This document shows positions 1 through 9,800 of a stretch of DNA of 64,000 nt, in pieces. The DNA lies in assembly GCA_903919125.1 (NCBI GenBank), contig CAIXGS010000012.1:27706-91705 (forward strand). Direction: 5' to 3'. The position numbers were made by a program, and so were the translations under genes. This DNA is from an uncultured Spartobacteria bacterium (lineage in GTDB: Bacteria > Verrucomicrobiota > Verrucomicrobiia > Chthoniobacterales > Chthoniobacteraceae). The notes beneath the pieces were generated by a model. It was not told where the DNA came from. It worked only from the letters and a program-made list of their open reading frames with translations, and searched no databases. How positions within the stretch are numbered: the first letter of the stretch is position 1; each line of letters starts with the position of its first letter.

Positions 1-90
1 CAGTTTGTTTAATACTGAGCTCATCAGGCGGCATAGTTTGCTAATGTCCGCGGCCACCGTCAAAAAGCAGCGTACAATTTTAGGCAATGG

Positions 91-696
91 CTATTTTTCA
101 AAGTCGCCTCTAAATAGCCTGATATCAGTGGGAAAAACGCGCTGCCACAGCTTTGAATTCTTGGATTCAGGCGCCGGAGGGGCAGGCGGTTGAGGTTTGG
201 CGCATTCAATCGCATAACCAACTTCATCCATGAAGTCCCGCTCTTCCTCTGTTCCGAACCATTCAAGCTCTACCTCGTATTCTCGGATGTATTTCTCAAG
301 TCTCTGCTCCATGCGGTTTCCACAATAAAAGCGGCAGAACGCTAGGATTTTCAGGCTGCATTTAATGCAATGGCCCGAGCGGGCTGCATCAATTTGATCC
401 AAATACTCGCCGAGTCTTTGGTTTGGGACGTCTGCGAGCAAATAAAACAACCGACCGAACTCCCTTAAGCCGTATCTGCCGCGCGCCATGGTGCAAACAT
501 TATGCTCTGCGCGCGCATTTCCAATAATGCGCAGAATTTCAGCGTGGGCTGGATCGCGATCGGCGGGCGGGGCTGTTTGGGGAGTTTGTTTTGAGGGAGC
601 TTTCTTTCGCATTGATGTGCGGCAGTTTGAGTGACGCCGGAGGGCCAGATTCGAGACAGGCACCTCCGGCTTTGCTCTGGGGCTGCTGTGACCCAA
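91..696 (-). CDS. hypothetical protein (Cys-rich, PPAPPAP stretch); real start probably internal
   Basis: 201-aa ORF co-directional and downstream of the sigma-factor gene; no recognisable domain. Confidence 0.3.
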   Translation of the reverse strand: MGHSSPRAKPEVPVSNLALRRHSNCRTSMRKKAPSKQTPQTAPPADRDPAHAEILRIIGNARAEHNVCTMARGRYGLREFGRLFYLLADVPNQRLGEYLDQIDAARSGHCIKCSLKILAFCRFYCGNRMEQRLEKYIREYEVELEWFGTEEERDFMDEVGYAIECAKPQPPAPPAPESKNSKLWQRVFPTDIRLFRGDFEK

Positions 697-699
697 GCC

Positions 700-963
700 C
701 TACGCAGAGCGCAACCAGTCTTCTGCCATTGGCAACTGGGTGACTGTGCCGCTGGGCGCTGGATCCGAGGGAGGTTCCTGGTTTAGGCCGCGCTTCAAGA
801 GCGCAGCCTCCGCACTGGCATCAACTTCTGCCCATGCGTTCGTGGCTTGATCGTTATCCGTAACCTCCAAATCAAATGCCGTAATGGCGCTGTATTGACC
901 GAAGATCTGGGCCAAAAAGCAGGCGCGCCCCGTTTCAATTAACATTTTGTCGCGTGTGGTCAT
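700..963 (-). CDS. small hypothetical protein (87 aa)
   Basis: ORF packed between the sigma factor gene and the 91..696 ORF on the same strand (4-nt spacing to the next ORF). Confidence 0.3.
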   Translation of the reverse strand: MTTRDKMLIETGRACFLAQIFGQYSAITAFDLEVTDNDQATNAWAEVDASAEAALLKRGLNQEPPSDPAPSGTVTQLPMAEDWLRSA

Positions 964-1044
964 TTTCGTGGATTTAGTTTTTGGGATTTTTGGATTAGCA
1001 ATATTGATAGTTAATGATGATTTCTGGCGTTTTTGAGCGTCGCT

Positions 1045-2199
1045 TTAAGCTGCGAGGGATTGTGTTTGTCTCTGAGTAGCAATCTTCGCGATGGCGCTTT
1101 TAATGGTTCCGCATACCGTTTCCTCGCTCAAACCTTTTTCGACTGAGATCTCTTTCATGCTCATCTGGCGAGTGAACCCGTAACCGATGGTTTTCTTCAA
1201 AACTTCGATCTCCAACCAGTCCAATTGCCCCAAGTAGGGCTCGATGAAATCCACGTAATCGCCGTAATCGTTGAAAACTGCGTTGTGGTCTGGCAATGTC
1301 TCGCCCAGGGTCATTCCGTCTTCCTCTTCGCCGACAGGGGCGTCGATGGAGACTACGTCCCAGTGGTACCGCTTCAACTGCTCTGCCTCCTCAACCTCGA
1401 TATTCAAGGCTTGCGCCATCTCTTGGCTCGTGGGAACACGTCCCAACTCGAAGACCAACTCATTCTGAACCTGATCGAAGGCCCTCATTTTGCTCCACAC
1501 ATGACAGGGGATGCGTATTTCTTGGGCGTAGTTTTCGCAGGCGCGCGTGATCTCGCCTTTAATTGAGGGTACTGCGTAGGTCGAAAATTTATTTTTCAAG
1601 CTAGGCTTGAAGGCCTCAACCGCCTTTTGCAAACCGATGACTCCATATTGCATTAAGTCCTCGTTCTCAAATGCCTTTCCCCCGTGCTTACTCGCTACGC
1701 CAGCCACTAGGCGTAGATTACCTTTTACGATCACATTGCGAGCCTCGATATACCCGCGTTCCAAAACTCTTAACTCCGCAAAATAGGCTTCGCTGCTTTC
1801 CGCTACATCCCGAGGAATGCCGTCTTTAGCACGTTTTTGCTCCGCTTTCAAGGTGTCGATGCACTCCTGGTAGATCGCCTGTTTAGCACACAAGGCGTGC
1901 AACGCCACTGAACGAGCCGCAGAATTTGAAGCGTTGGCGTAGTTTTGCAACCGAGCCACCGTTGGACCGTTGGGTTCAAAATACTTTTTAGTATCGTTTT
2001 TTGTCCCCTCTTCTCCATTCACCGCCGACGTTGCGTGGGCGATAATCGTCTGGGCAACCTGAACGCTCTGGTGCAAATGCGAGCGCAACTTTTCTTTTGC
2101 GACTGCAAACGTGGCAAAAGCCGCCGTCTGTTGGGCTGCGTTCATCGCAGGAGGCAAATTTGAGTACAACGAATAGCGATTTTGGTGCATATTTCTCAT
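1045..2199 (-). CDS. RNA polymerase sigma factor, sigma-70 family, with an Ala-rich N-terminal extension of about 150 aa
   Basis: Region 2 motifs (GNLRLVAGVASKH, DLMQYGVIGLQKAVEAFKP...FSTYAVPSIKGEITRA...IRIP) and region 4 HTH (SMKEISVEKGLSEETVCGTIKSAIAKI) are readable in the translation. Confidence 0.8.
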   Translation of the reverse strand: MRNMHQNRYSLYSNLPPAMNAAQQTAAFATFAVAKEKLRSHLHQSVQVAQTIIAHATSAVNGEEGTKNDTKKYFEPNGPTVARLQNYANASNSAARSVALHALCAKQAIYQECIDTLKAEQKRAKDGIPRDVAESSEAYFAELRVLERGYIEARNVIVKGNLRLVAGVASKHGGKAFENEDLMQYGVIGLQKAVEAFKPSLKNKFSTYAVPSIKGEITRACENYAQEIRIPCHVWSKMRAFDQVQNELVFELGRVPTSQEMAQALNIEVEEAEQLKRYHWDVVSIDAPVGEEEDGMTLGETLPDHNAVFNDYGDYVDFIEPYLGQLDWLEIEVLKKTIGYGFTRQMSMKEISVEKGLSEETVCGTIKSAIAKIATQRQTQSLAA

Positions 2200-2294
2200 A
2201 TTTTTGGTTAAACGTGGTTTTGGAATTTCAGGGACAACGAGATTGAGTGGCTGGAATGGGGTCTTTTCCTAAACGCAGGCAGGTTAATGCTGAT

Positions 2295-2318
2295 TACTAA
2301 ATATACTAAATAAGTATA
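2295..2318. promoter_or_regulatory. AT-rich element upstream of the sigma factor gene: direct repeat TACTAAATA x2 overlapping inverted repeat TATACT-n5-AGTATA
   Basis: Seen directly in the sequence about 100 bp upstream of the sigma gene start, in a 750-bp divergent intergenic region. Confidence 0.2.
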
Positions 2319-2954
2319 CTATTAGGCTGGGAATTGCCTTTTTGGAGCAAGCTCCGAATTCAAGAGTCAGGCGCTTACGCCAGACGGATGCGACCGGCTA
2401 GAAGGCCGGAAAAACCCAGTGAGGGGTTTGCAGACAGAGCAACACCGTTTTCATATTCCTCATGCCCGCTCTGACTTTTGGGGCTTGTGAAGGAAGGAGG
2501 TGTCGCACGTGATGGATAATAGAGAAAAACGACTTTTCTGTCAATTGCCTTTTTTGAAAAAAAGGAGTTTTGAGCAACCGATTTTTCCAAGGCGCAGAGG
2601 GGCAGTCGCGAATCGCTACACCTTACAATAGGCAGAATCTGGCTTTGCTTTAGAAATTTTTTTATTGCTCTGCTTTTGCTCATGATGCGGTTCATGCTGG
2701 TATGAAGGCGGCAAGCGACGGTTTTTCCGGCCCTTTTTAAAAAATATTCGAAAAATCAGGGATTTGGCTCACGCCGAACCCGCATACGGGAGTGCTCGGA
2801 GTGTAATCTATGAAGACCTGTTGTCCCCTGCTGTTCCAGTGATGGCACCGCACCGGAGGCTATTCCCTTACGCCCGCTTGGTGGTAACCTGCGGGTTTGT
2901 GCAATCATAGAAGTCTCCCAAGCGCTGAATTTTCTCGTTAGTCCCGCAACTATC

Positions 2955-3917
2955 TTGTTTTTTCCGGCTGAGCCTTTTCAAAACCAATCCACTATGAAGC
3001 TAGACATTATTGGCGATATCCATGGTCACTGCGACACTCTCGAGCGCTTGTTGGCTCGCCTTGGCTACAGCGCGCAAAGCGGCGTCTGGAAACACGCCGA
3101 ACGCAAGGTGGTGTTCCTCGGCGACTACATCGACCGCGGGCCAAAGGTGCGTGAAACCCTGCATTTGGTGCGGGGTATGGTGGAGTCCGGACACGCTTTC
3201 GCTCTGATGGGCAACCACGAGTTGAACGCGGTGGCTTACCACTCGAGGGACGCCGCCGGAAACCCACTTCGGGAGCATTCCTTCAAAAATACAAGTCAAC
3301 ACAAGGCCACCTTGGACGCTTTTTCGGGCCGAGACGACGAATGGCCGGAGTGGATAGAATGGCTCAAAGGACTCTCATTTTATCTAGAACTGCCGGGGCT
3401 TCGAGCCGTGCACGCGTGTTGGTGTGAGGGCTCGATTGCTCAGGTGCGCGGGGAATCGCTGCGCGACAGGGAGTTTTTGCTCGCTGCCACCCAACCTGGA
3501 ACAGAGGAGTGCAGGGCGCTCGATGCGCTGCTCAAGGGACCGGAATACAGTGTGGCGCATCTTGGTCTAAGAATCCGAGGCCGTGACGGAATTATCCGCG
3601 AGGACCTGAGGGTGCGGTGGTGGGGCCGCGATGCGGAGTCCTTCACGCTCTCTGAGATCACGATGCCCCCGGGTTCGCAGGTGAGCGATGATCGTATCAC
3701 CTCTGCGGATTTGGATGAGGCGCCGAACCTGGCATTGGGCGGTGCACCAGTGTTTTTCGGGCATTACAAATTGCCGCACGATCAACCCGTAGAACCGCTA
3801 GCGGAAGGAATTTGTTGTTTGGATTACGGCGTTGGACACGGAGGCGCCTTGGTCGCCTACCGTTGGGATGGTGAGCAGGCGTTGGACCTGTTGAAATTCG
3901 TGGCTGAGCCAGAGTAG
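2955..3917 (+). CDS. calcineurin-like metallophosphoesterase (PPP-family Ser/Thr phosphatase / ApaH-like); likely true start ATG at 2994
   Basis: GDIHGH...GDYIDRGP...GNHE motifs typical of the PPP/ApaH phosphoesterase fold. Confidence 0.75.
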   Translation: MFFPAEPFQNQSTMKLDIIGDIHGHCDTLERLLARLGYSAQSGVWKHAERKVVFLGDYIDRGPKVRETLHLVRGMVESGHAFALMGNHELNAVAYHSRDAAGNPLREHSFKNTSQHKATLDAFSGRDDEWPEWIEWLKGLSFYLELPGLRAVHACWCEGSIAQVRGESLRDREFLLAATQPGTEECRALDALLKGPEYSVAHLGLRIRGRDGIIREDLRVRWWGRDAESFTLSEITMPPGSQVSDDRITSADLDEAPNLALGGAPVFFGHYKLPHDQPVEPLAEGICCLDYGVGHGGALVAYRWDGEQALDLLKFVAEPE

Positions 3918-4094
3918 GCGCCTGCTGGGAGTGCAAGCGTCCCGCCTGCATCACTAGCCGAGAGAAGCAAGCGTGAGTCTTGTGCGAGACTAAGAAGGTC
4001 GCGCGCCGGATGAGTTGTCGAAAAACGACGAACCGAGCGACCGGAATACGGATTCCGAGAATGCATCCCAATCCCAGCTGCTCAAGACGCCACT

Positions 4095-5723
4095 ATGAAA
4101 CAACGAATAAACAATCAGAAAGTCATCAACTGGCATGCTCCACGGAAAGTAGGAGCACTAAATGCATCTTATATTGCCAAGAGAACTCGAGGTGTGGAGG
4201 GTTTATCCATCAAACAGCGTGATGCAGCGGAGAATGGATATTTTTGTGTTTATTGTGACAGGTGGAGTTGCTACGACGGCGAAAACGTGATGCGGTGTAT
4301 CAGGTTAAGCGAAGCGGATTACGATATCATTGAATTCGCAGACGGCACGGAGGAGTTTGTGAATCGTATCGATAAAATATCTGAATTAAATTGGAAAAAT
4401 ATCGAACGAAAATTCGGCTTTTCAAATCCCATACTCTTTCCTCTGGAAATTATTGAGAACGCCAATGTCGCCCTTTTTGAGGGAGGAGCTGCTCCTAAAC
4501 GGATCCAGGAAGTGGATCTCGTAGGTCACTATCAGTGCTTGAAAACAGCTGCCCCACAGCATTCATGTACAGCGGAATTTGACCCTAGGGATGTGCTGCG
4601 CATTGAAAAGGTCTTGGGCTATGGTGCAGGCTCGAAATTAACAGGAGAGCGGTCATTTCTTGGTGAGAAATTCGATGCCACCTTTCTGGCATTATTTCTG
4701 AGATACAGCATCAGAAGTTTGTCCCATTTCAATGCTATTTCGGGCGACGCGCGGAAGGATTTTCAAAATCTGGCTGAGTATCTCTTTTGTGATTATCCCA
4801 TTCCCCAATGGTTGAAATCGGTGTGGGGAATCCCCAAGAGTACTTTTAAGGGGGATTTAAAACAGGCTATACAGTGGGCGCATTGGTTTATTTGTCTGGG
4901 ACAGGGGGGCAGTTTGAGAAAATTGTCCAAGCTCATGGGGGGAAGAGTATCGGGGAAGCTCGTACACTTCCTCTATGCGGCGCCCTCCCATTTGCGCCCT
5001 GAAATGGCCTGCGCCTGGGCTGAAGCCATGCGGATTTCGGGAAGTCGGCGCGTGGCAGACTGGATTTCTAAAAATCAGGGATACGCCATCGATCCCTCTT
5101 TGGTTCCAACAAGGAAGCACGACATGCGTTTTCGAAAATTCTGGCAGCAAACGGTAAAATGGTTCGCTAGATTTCAGGGTGAGCTTTCAAATGAGGTGGC
5201 GGCGGAATTGCTCGAATGGGGGAACGTTCGCTTCAGCGAGGATTCTAAGAAAAATATCCTCTTTTCATGGGCGGGGCGCACGCCTGCCAGCGCGCTGGGG
5301 GTGGCTCGCAGAGAACTGCCCCAATTCTTCAGAGGGTTGGGCGGGACGACGAATCTTCAATGGAGCCCTCTCGGAGTGAGTTGGAATTTGGAGACTACGG
5401 CTTTTGCGGGGGCAAAAACGGACGTTTGGACCTTCGTGGAGCTGACTCAGAGCAGCGCCTTGTGGGAGGAGGGCGTCGCAATGGGAAACTGTGTCGCGGG
5501 CTATGATAAGAAGTGCATGGTGGGCATTTCGGCGATTGTCTCGGTGAGGCTTAACGGGATGCGGGTGCTTACGGCTGAGCTGAACAGAAGAAGCAAGGCG
5601 GTTGTGCAGGTAAAGGGGCGTTTTAACAGGGAGCCCACGGAGGCGGAGTTAGCGGTAGTACAGCAGTGGCAGCAGGAGGCGGTGGTAGGGCGCAGGGGAG
5701 AGGTTTTTGCCCTGGCAGCATAG
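4095..5723 (+). CDS. hypothetical protein, possibly PcfJ-like (C-terminal MGNCV..Y motif)
   Basis: 542-aa ORF in a visibly lower-GC segment; the C-terminal EEGVAMGNCVAGYDKKC...VQVKGRFN is recalled from memory as resembling the PcfJ-like family (unverified). Confidence 0.5.
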   Translation: MKQRINNQKVINWHAPRKVGALNASYIAKRTRGVEGLSIKQRDAAENGYFCVYCDRWSCYDGENVMRCIRLSEADYDIIEFADGTEEFVNRIDKISELNWKNIERKFGFSNPILFPLEIIENANVALFEGGAAPKRIQEVDLVGHYQCLKTAAPQHSCTAEFDPRDVLRIEKVLGYGAGSKLTGERSFLGEKFDATFLALFLRYSIRSLSHFNAISGDARKDFQNLAEYLFCDYPIPQWLKSVWGIPKSTFKGDLKQAIQWAHWFICLGQGGSLRKLSKLMGGRVSGKLVHFLYAAPSHLRPEMACAWAEAMRISGSRRVADWISKNQGYAIDPSLVPTRKHDMRFRKFWQQTVKWFARFQGELSNEVAAELLEWGNVRFSEDSKKNILFSWAGRTPASALGVARRELPQFFRGLGGTTNLQWSPLGVSWNLETTAFAGAKTDVWTFVELTQSSALWEEGVAMGNCVAGYDKKCMVGISAIVSVRLNGMRVLTAELNRRSKAVVQVKGRFNREPTEAELAVVQQWQQEAVVGRRGEVFALAA

Positions 5724-5773
5724 GTCGGCGCGGACGTCTACGTCTGATGGCGGGAGAATTGCCGGAAGAGCGC

Positions 5774-6544
5774 TCACCGCCGTGGTTCGTCTGGAAAGGC
5801 GGCTTGCATTTCCATCTCATGCATGAGGCAGGCGAGTTCGTATCCGTATTCACTCCACTTTTCAGCCCCGAGTCCTTGAGTCCAACGACTAAGATTCGCA
5901 GTAGTCCCCAATTCGAAATCCTTATCTCTTCCCCACGCCATACATTCGGACTCCACATAACGCAACCAGACGGCACTGACGTCCTCGCGTTCCAGCATCG
6001 TAGTCACACCGTTCTTTTTGAAAAGCAGCCCATCATCCGCTGTACAAAAATCGACGTTATAAGCGGGGCTCTCAGGTGTTGCCTTAAAATGGAGACGTCT
6101 TGGAAGCATCCTTTTTAAGGGTTCCCAAAAGTCTTCTTGGCGTTTGGTCTCTAATTCTTTCAAGGCATGTTCTGCCAACATAATCAATGCCAATACTTTC
6201 CGAATCACAAACTCACCCGTTTTTCCCCAGCGATTGAGATCTTTGAAAAACTCCTTGAGTGTAATAGCGCTGTCCCCTCGCCGCTTCCACTTTTTGAATC
6301 GCTCCGAAAGACGTCGTAGATCGGCATTCGTAACCTCCATACACTCAGAAGTTACTGTGAATAATAAGTTATCCCCCTGACGCTTCACCGCATAGGTGGA
6401 GTCCTCAGGACTGTCATCGCTGAGATTGTGCCCAGCATAACCGTTGGCGAACATGATCATGACCCCGAGTACACGCTCGGGGTCTATCGAATCCTGGCAG
6501 TTGTCTTGAGTGGGGGGCGTATTGGTATCGCTCATGCCGCCCAT
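5774..6544 (-). CDS. hypothetical protein (256 aa)
   Basis: ORF downstream of and co-directional with the TIR-repeat gene; no recognisable domain. Confidence 0.4.
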   Translation of the reverse strand: MGGMSDTNTPPTQDNCQDSIDPERVLGVMIMFANGYAGHNLSDDSPEDSTYAVKRQGDNLLFTVTSECMEVTNADLRRLSERFKKWKRRGDSAITLKEFFKDLNRWGKTGEFVIRKVLALIMLAEHALKELETKRQEDFWEPLKRMLPRRLHFKATPESPAYNVDFCTADDGLLFKKNGVTTMLEREDVSAVWLRYVESECMAWGRDKDFELGTTANLSRWTQGLGAEKWSEYGYELACLMHEMEMQAAFPDEPRR

Positions 6545-6800
6545 TATAGCACTCGGCGTCTTAACTTAGCTCAAGCGGCCGCTGCTGTTGTCGGGCGTGT
6601 GTGAGACTGATGGTCGCAACCAGCCGCACGTCCACCGTATGAAACGCACGGGCGGGCGGATCGCCCAGTTTGTCGGCTTCAACGACGGGTACTGGGAAGG
6701 CGGCAATTACGAATGCATTCACGCTGAACCGTTTCTTTCCAAATTACTGCCCCTCATGGAAGACGGCGGCGACTATTTCACGGATCATTCCAAGCTTCTC

Positions 6801-9800
6801 TCACAACCCAGAAATATCATGGGGTAGAGTGAACTTCTCAATCAAGGTCACCCCGAGCGGGCCGGGTTTTAATGCGAATTTTAGAAGCGACGTTCCGCGC
6901 ATCACTTGCAGCTCAACTTCTGGGGCTGTAGTTGTTTTTTCTAGATCGGCAAACTGCTCTTGCGTGGTGATTTCAACGCCCGCGTAGCCACTGATTCTGT
7001 CGCCCTCAAGTAATCCAAACTGCGCGGCCTGACTTTCTCCCAAAATGCCAGCTACCACGAGAGCCGTGGGTTTTAGCAGCTCGCCGTCGACTCCAAGGTG
7101 CCACTCAATGCTGACATTTCCGCGCCCGTCGTATTCTTTGCGAAGCTCTGCGTAGCCGTCTTTATGTAAAGTGAGATTCCCGTCGACGCCGAAGTAGCTG
7201 GTAAGCGTGACATTGCCGTGGTCATCGAATTCTTGGCGAATCTCTGCATAGCCGTCCTTGAGCAAAGTGGGCTTGCCGTCAACTCCAAGGTACCCCTGAC
7301 GGATGACATTTCCGCGCTCGTCGTATTCTTGGCGGAGCTCTGCATAGCCGTCCTTGAGTAAAGTGGGCTTTCCGTCGACGCCAATGTACGACAGACAGAT
7401 GACATTACCGCGCTCGTCATATTCTTGGCGAATCTCTGCGTAGCCGTCTTTATGCAAAGAGGGCTTGCCGCCGACACCGAGATACCACCTGCGGGTAACA
7501 TTTCCGCGCCGGTCGTATTCATGGCGGATGTCTGCGTAGCCGTCCTTGTGTAAAGTAGGCCTGCCGTCGACGCCGAAGTAGCTGGTAAGTGTGACGTTTC
7601 CGCGCTCATCATATTTTAGGCGGAACTCGGCATAGCCGTCCTCGTGCAAAGTGGGCTTGCCGTCGACGCCAATGTAGCACCGGCGGGTAGCATTTCCGCG
7701 CTGGTCGTATTCCCGGCGAAACTCGGCATAGCCGTCCTTGAGCAAAGTGGGCTTGCCGTCGACGCCGAAGTAACTGGTGAGTGTGACGTTTCCGCGCTCA
7801 TCATATTTTAGACGGAACTCTGAAAAGCCGTTTTTGTGCAAAGTGGGTTTGCCGTCGACGCCAATGTACCACTCACGGGTAACATTTCCGCGCTGGTCGT
7901 ATTCTTGGCGGAACTCTGCGAAGCCGTCCTTGTGCAAAGTAGGCTTGCCGTCAACTCCACGGTAGCACCAGTAGACTGCGTTGTCTCGCTCATCGAATTC
8001 TTGGCGGACCTCTGCATAGCCGTTCTTGATCAAGGTGGGCTTGCCGTCGACGCCGAAGTAGCTGGTAAGTGTGACGTTTCCGCGCTCATCATATTTTAGG
8101 CGGAACTCTGCATAGCCGTCCTTGTGCAAAGTGGGCTTGCCGCCGACACCGAGGTACCACCTGCGGGTGGCATTTCCGCGCTCGTCGTATTCTTTACGGA
8201 TCTCTGCGTAGCCGTTCCTGTGCAAAGTAGGCTTGCCGTCGATACCAAGATAGCACTGACGGGTAACATTTCCGTACTCGTCGTATTCTTGGCGGAGCTC
8301 TACATAGCTGTTCTCGTGCAAGGCAGGATTGCTATCGACGCCCAGGTACCACCAATGGGTGACATTTCCGCGCTCATCGAATTCTTGGCGAATCTCTGCG
8401 AAGCCGTCCTTGTGCAAAGAAGGTTTACCATCGACGCCAAGGTAGAACCGACGGGTGACATTTCCGCGCTCATCGTATTCTGTGCAGAGCTCTGAGTGAG
8501 CATCCTTGTGTGAAGTAGGATTGCCCTCGACGTCAAAGTAGCACTGCCGAGTAACATTTCCGCGCTCATCGAATTCTTGGCGAAGCTCTGCGTAGCCGTC
8601 CTTGTGCAAAGTGGGCTTGCCGTCGACGCCAATGTACCACTCACGGGTAAGATTTCCGCGCTTGTCGTATTCTTGGCGAACGTCTGTGTAGCCGTACTTG
8701 TGCAAGGTGGGCTTGCCGTCGATGTCGAGGAAGCAGGTACGGGTGACATTTCCGCGCTCATCGAATTCTTGGCGAAGCTCTGCGAAACCATTTTTTAGGA
8801 AAGTGGGCTTGCCGTCGGCGCCAATGTAGCACGCACGGATGATATTTCCGCGCTCATCGTATTCTTGGCGGAACTCTGCATTTCCGTCTTTGTGCAAAGT
8901 GGGCTTGTTATCAACGCCGAGGTACCGCGTACGAGTAATATTACCGCGCGCATTGTATTCCAGGCGGAGCTCTGCGAAGCCGTCGGGATTTCTGATCGGT
9001 TCGCTCCGCAGATCCAAGTATCGCACTGCGGTCATTACACCGTTGGCGTTACGTACTCGATGTACCGATGCTACGCCATTTTTGCCGGCGATTTTCACCA
9101 GCGTCCGCTTTTTGAATTCAATGAAGTTTTCGGAAATCCTCAATCCATTCCCATCGTACGTGTAGGCAATGCCTCCCACTCCATTGGCATCCCTTGTCGT
9201 TTGATTGTAAGAGTTTTTACAATACATAACATGGTCAATCAGACCACTGGCGCCATAAGCGCGAAGATGACGGACGATTTCCGTACGAGCTGTGTAATCC
9301 TTTTGCTTACCAAAGCCTGAGTTTGTAAATGACGGGAGCGCACTCTCCACTCCCTCTTTGGCTGAGACGAAGTCGACGATTTCAAGACGTTCGCCGCTTA
9401 GACGCTGCGTGCTTAGTACCCGCGCTTTTTGATTTATTTTTCCGTTGGGAAGCAGCGCTTTTTCGTCCAGCAGGTCCAACCGTTCAAGCCGGGTCTCTTT
9501 TTCGCCAGCGTACGTACACTTCAGCGCTGTGAAGCCGAGGTAATCGGACTCCCCATTGTACACTGGTTTACCCGTTCCGTTGACATAGGCAACAAGCCGC
9601 AGGCGGTTTTTGCGGTAAATCATCTGGTAAGAGCCCGAGCGTCTGGCCGCCTCCTGGGCGGAGATATGGAAGACGCCCTCTGGCATCCCCCAACGCAGCG
9701 TGAAATCTTGAAAGTAAAACGATTTCTCACGCCAATAATAATCCCAAGCCCACCATCCGCCCGTCATAAGCGCCATGGCTAAGGTTACAATCAAAGAACC

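Noticed and set aside
3000-4071. Several 65 to 124-aa ORFs overlapping or antisense to the metallophosphoesterase gene
   Set aside because: Overlap a gene with clear catalytic motifs; Arg/Pro-rich composition typical of spurious high-GC ORFs.
6960-9000. Possible CRISPR array suggested by the regular short repeats
   Set aside because: The period is 96 bp with no unique spacers, the units are continuous and in-frame inside a 1200-codon ORF encoding a coherent repeat protein, and no cas genes are present.
7073-9320. Many 60 to 180-aa ORFs on both strands inside the TIR-repeat gene (for example 7073..7612 minus, 8300..8791 minus, 7836..8099 plus, 8124..8495 plus)
   Set aside because: They are frame shadows of the 96-bp tandem repeat array: all show the same 32-aa periodicity and low-complexity composition, and lie entirely within the long in-frame TIR gene.
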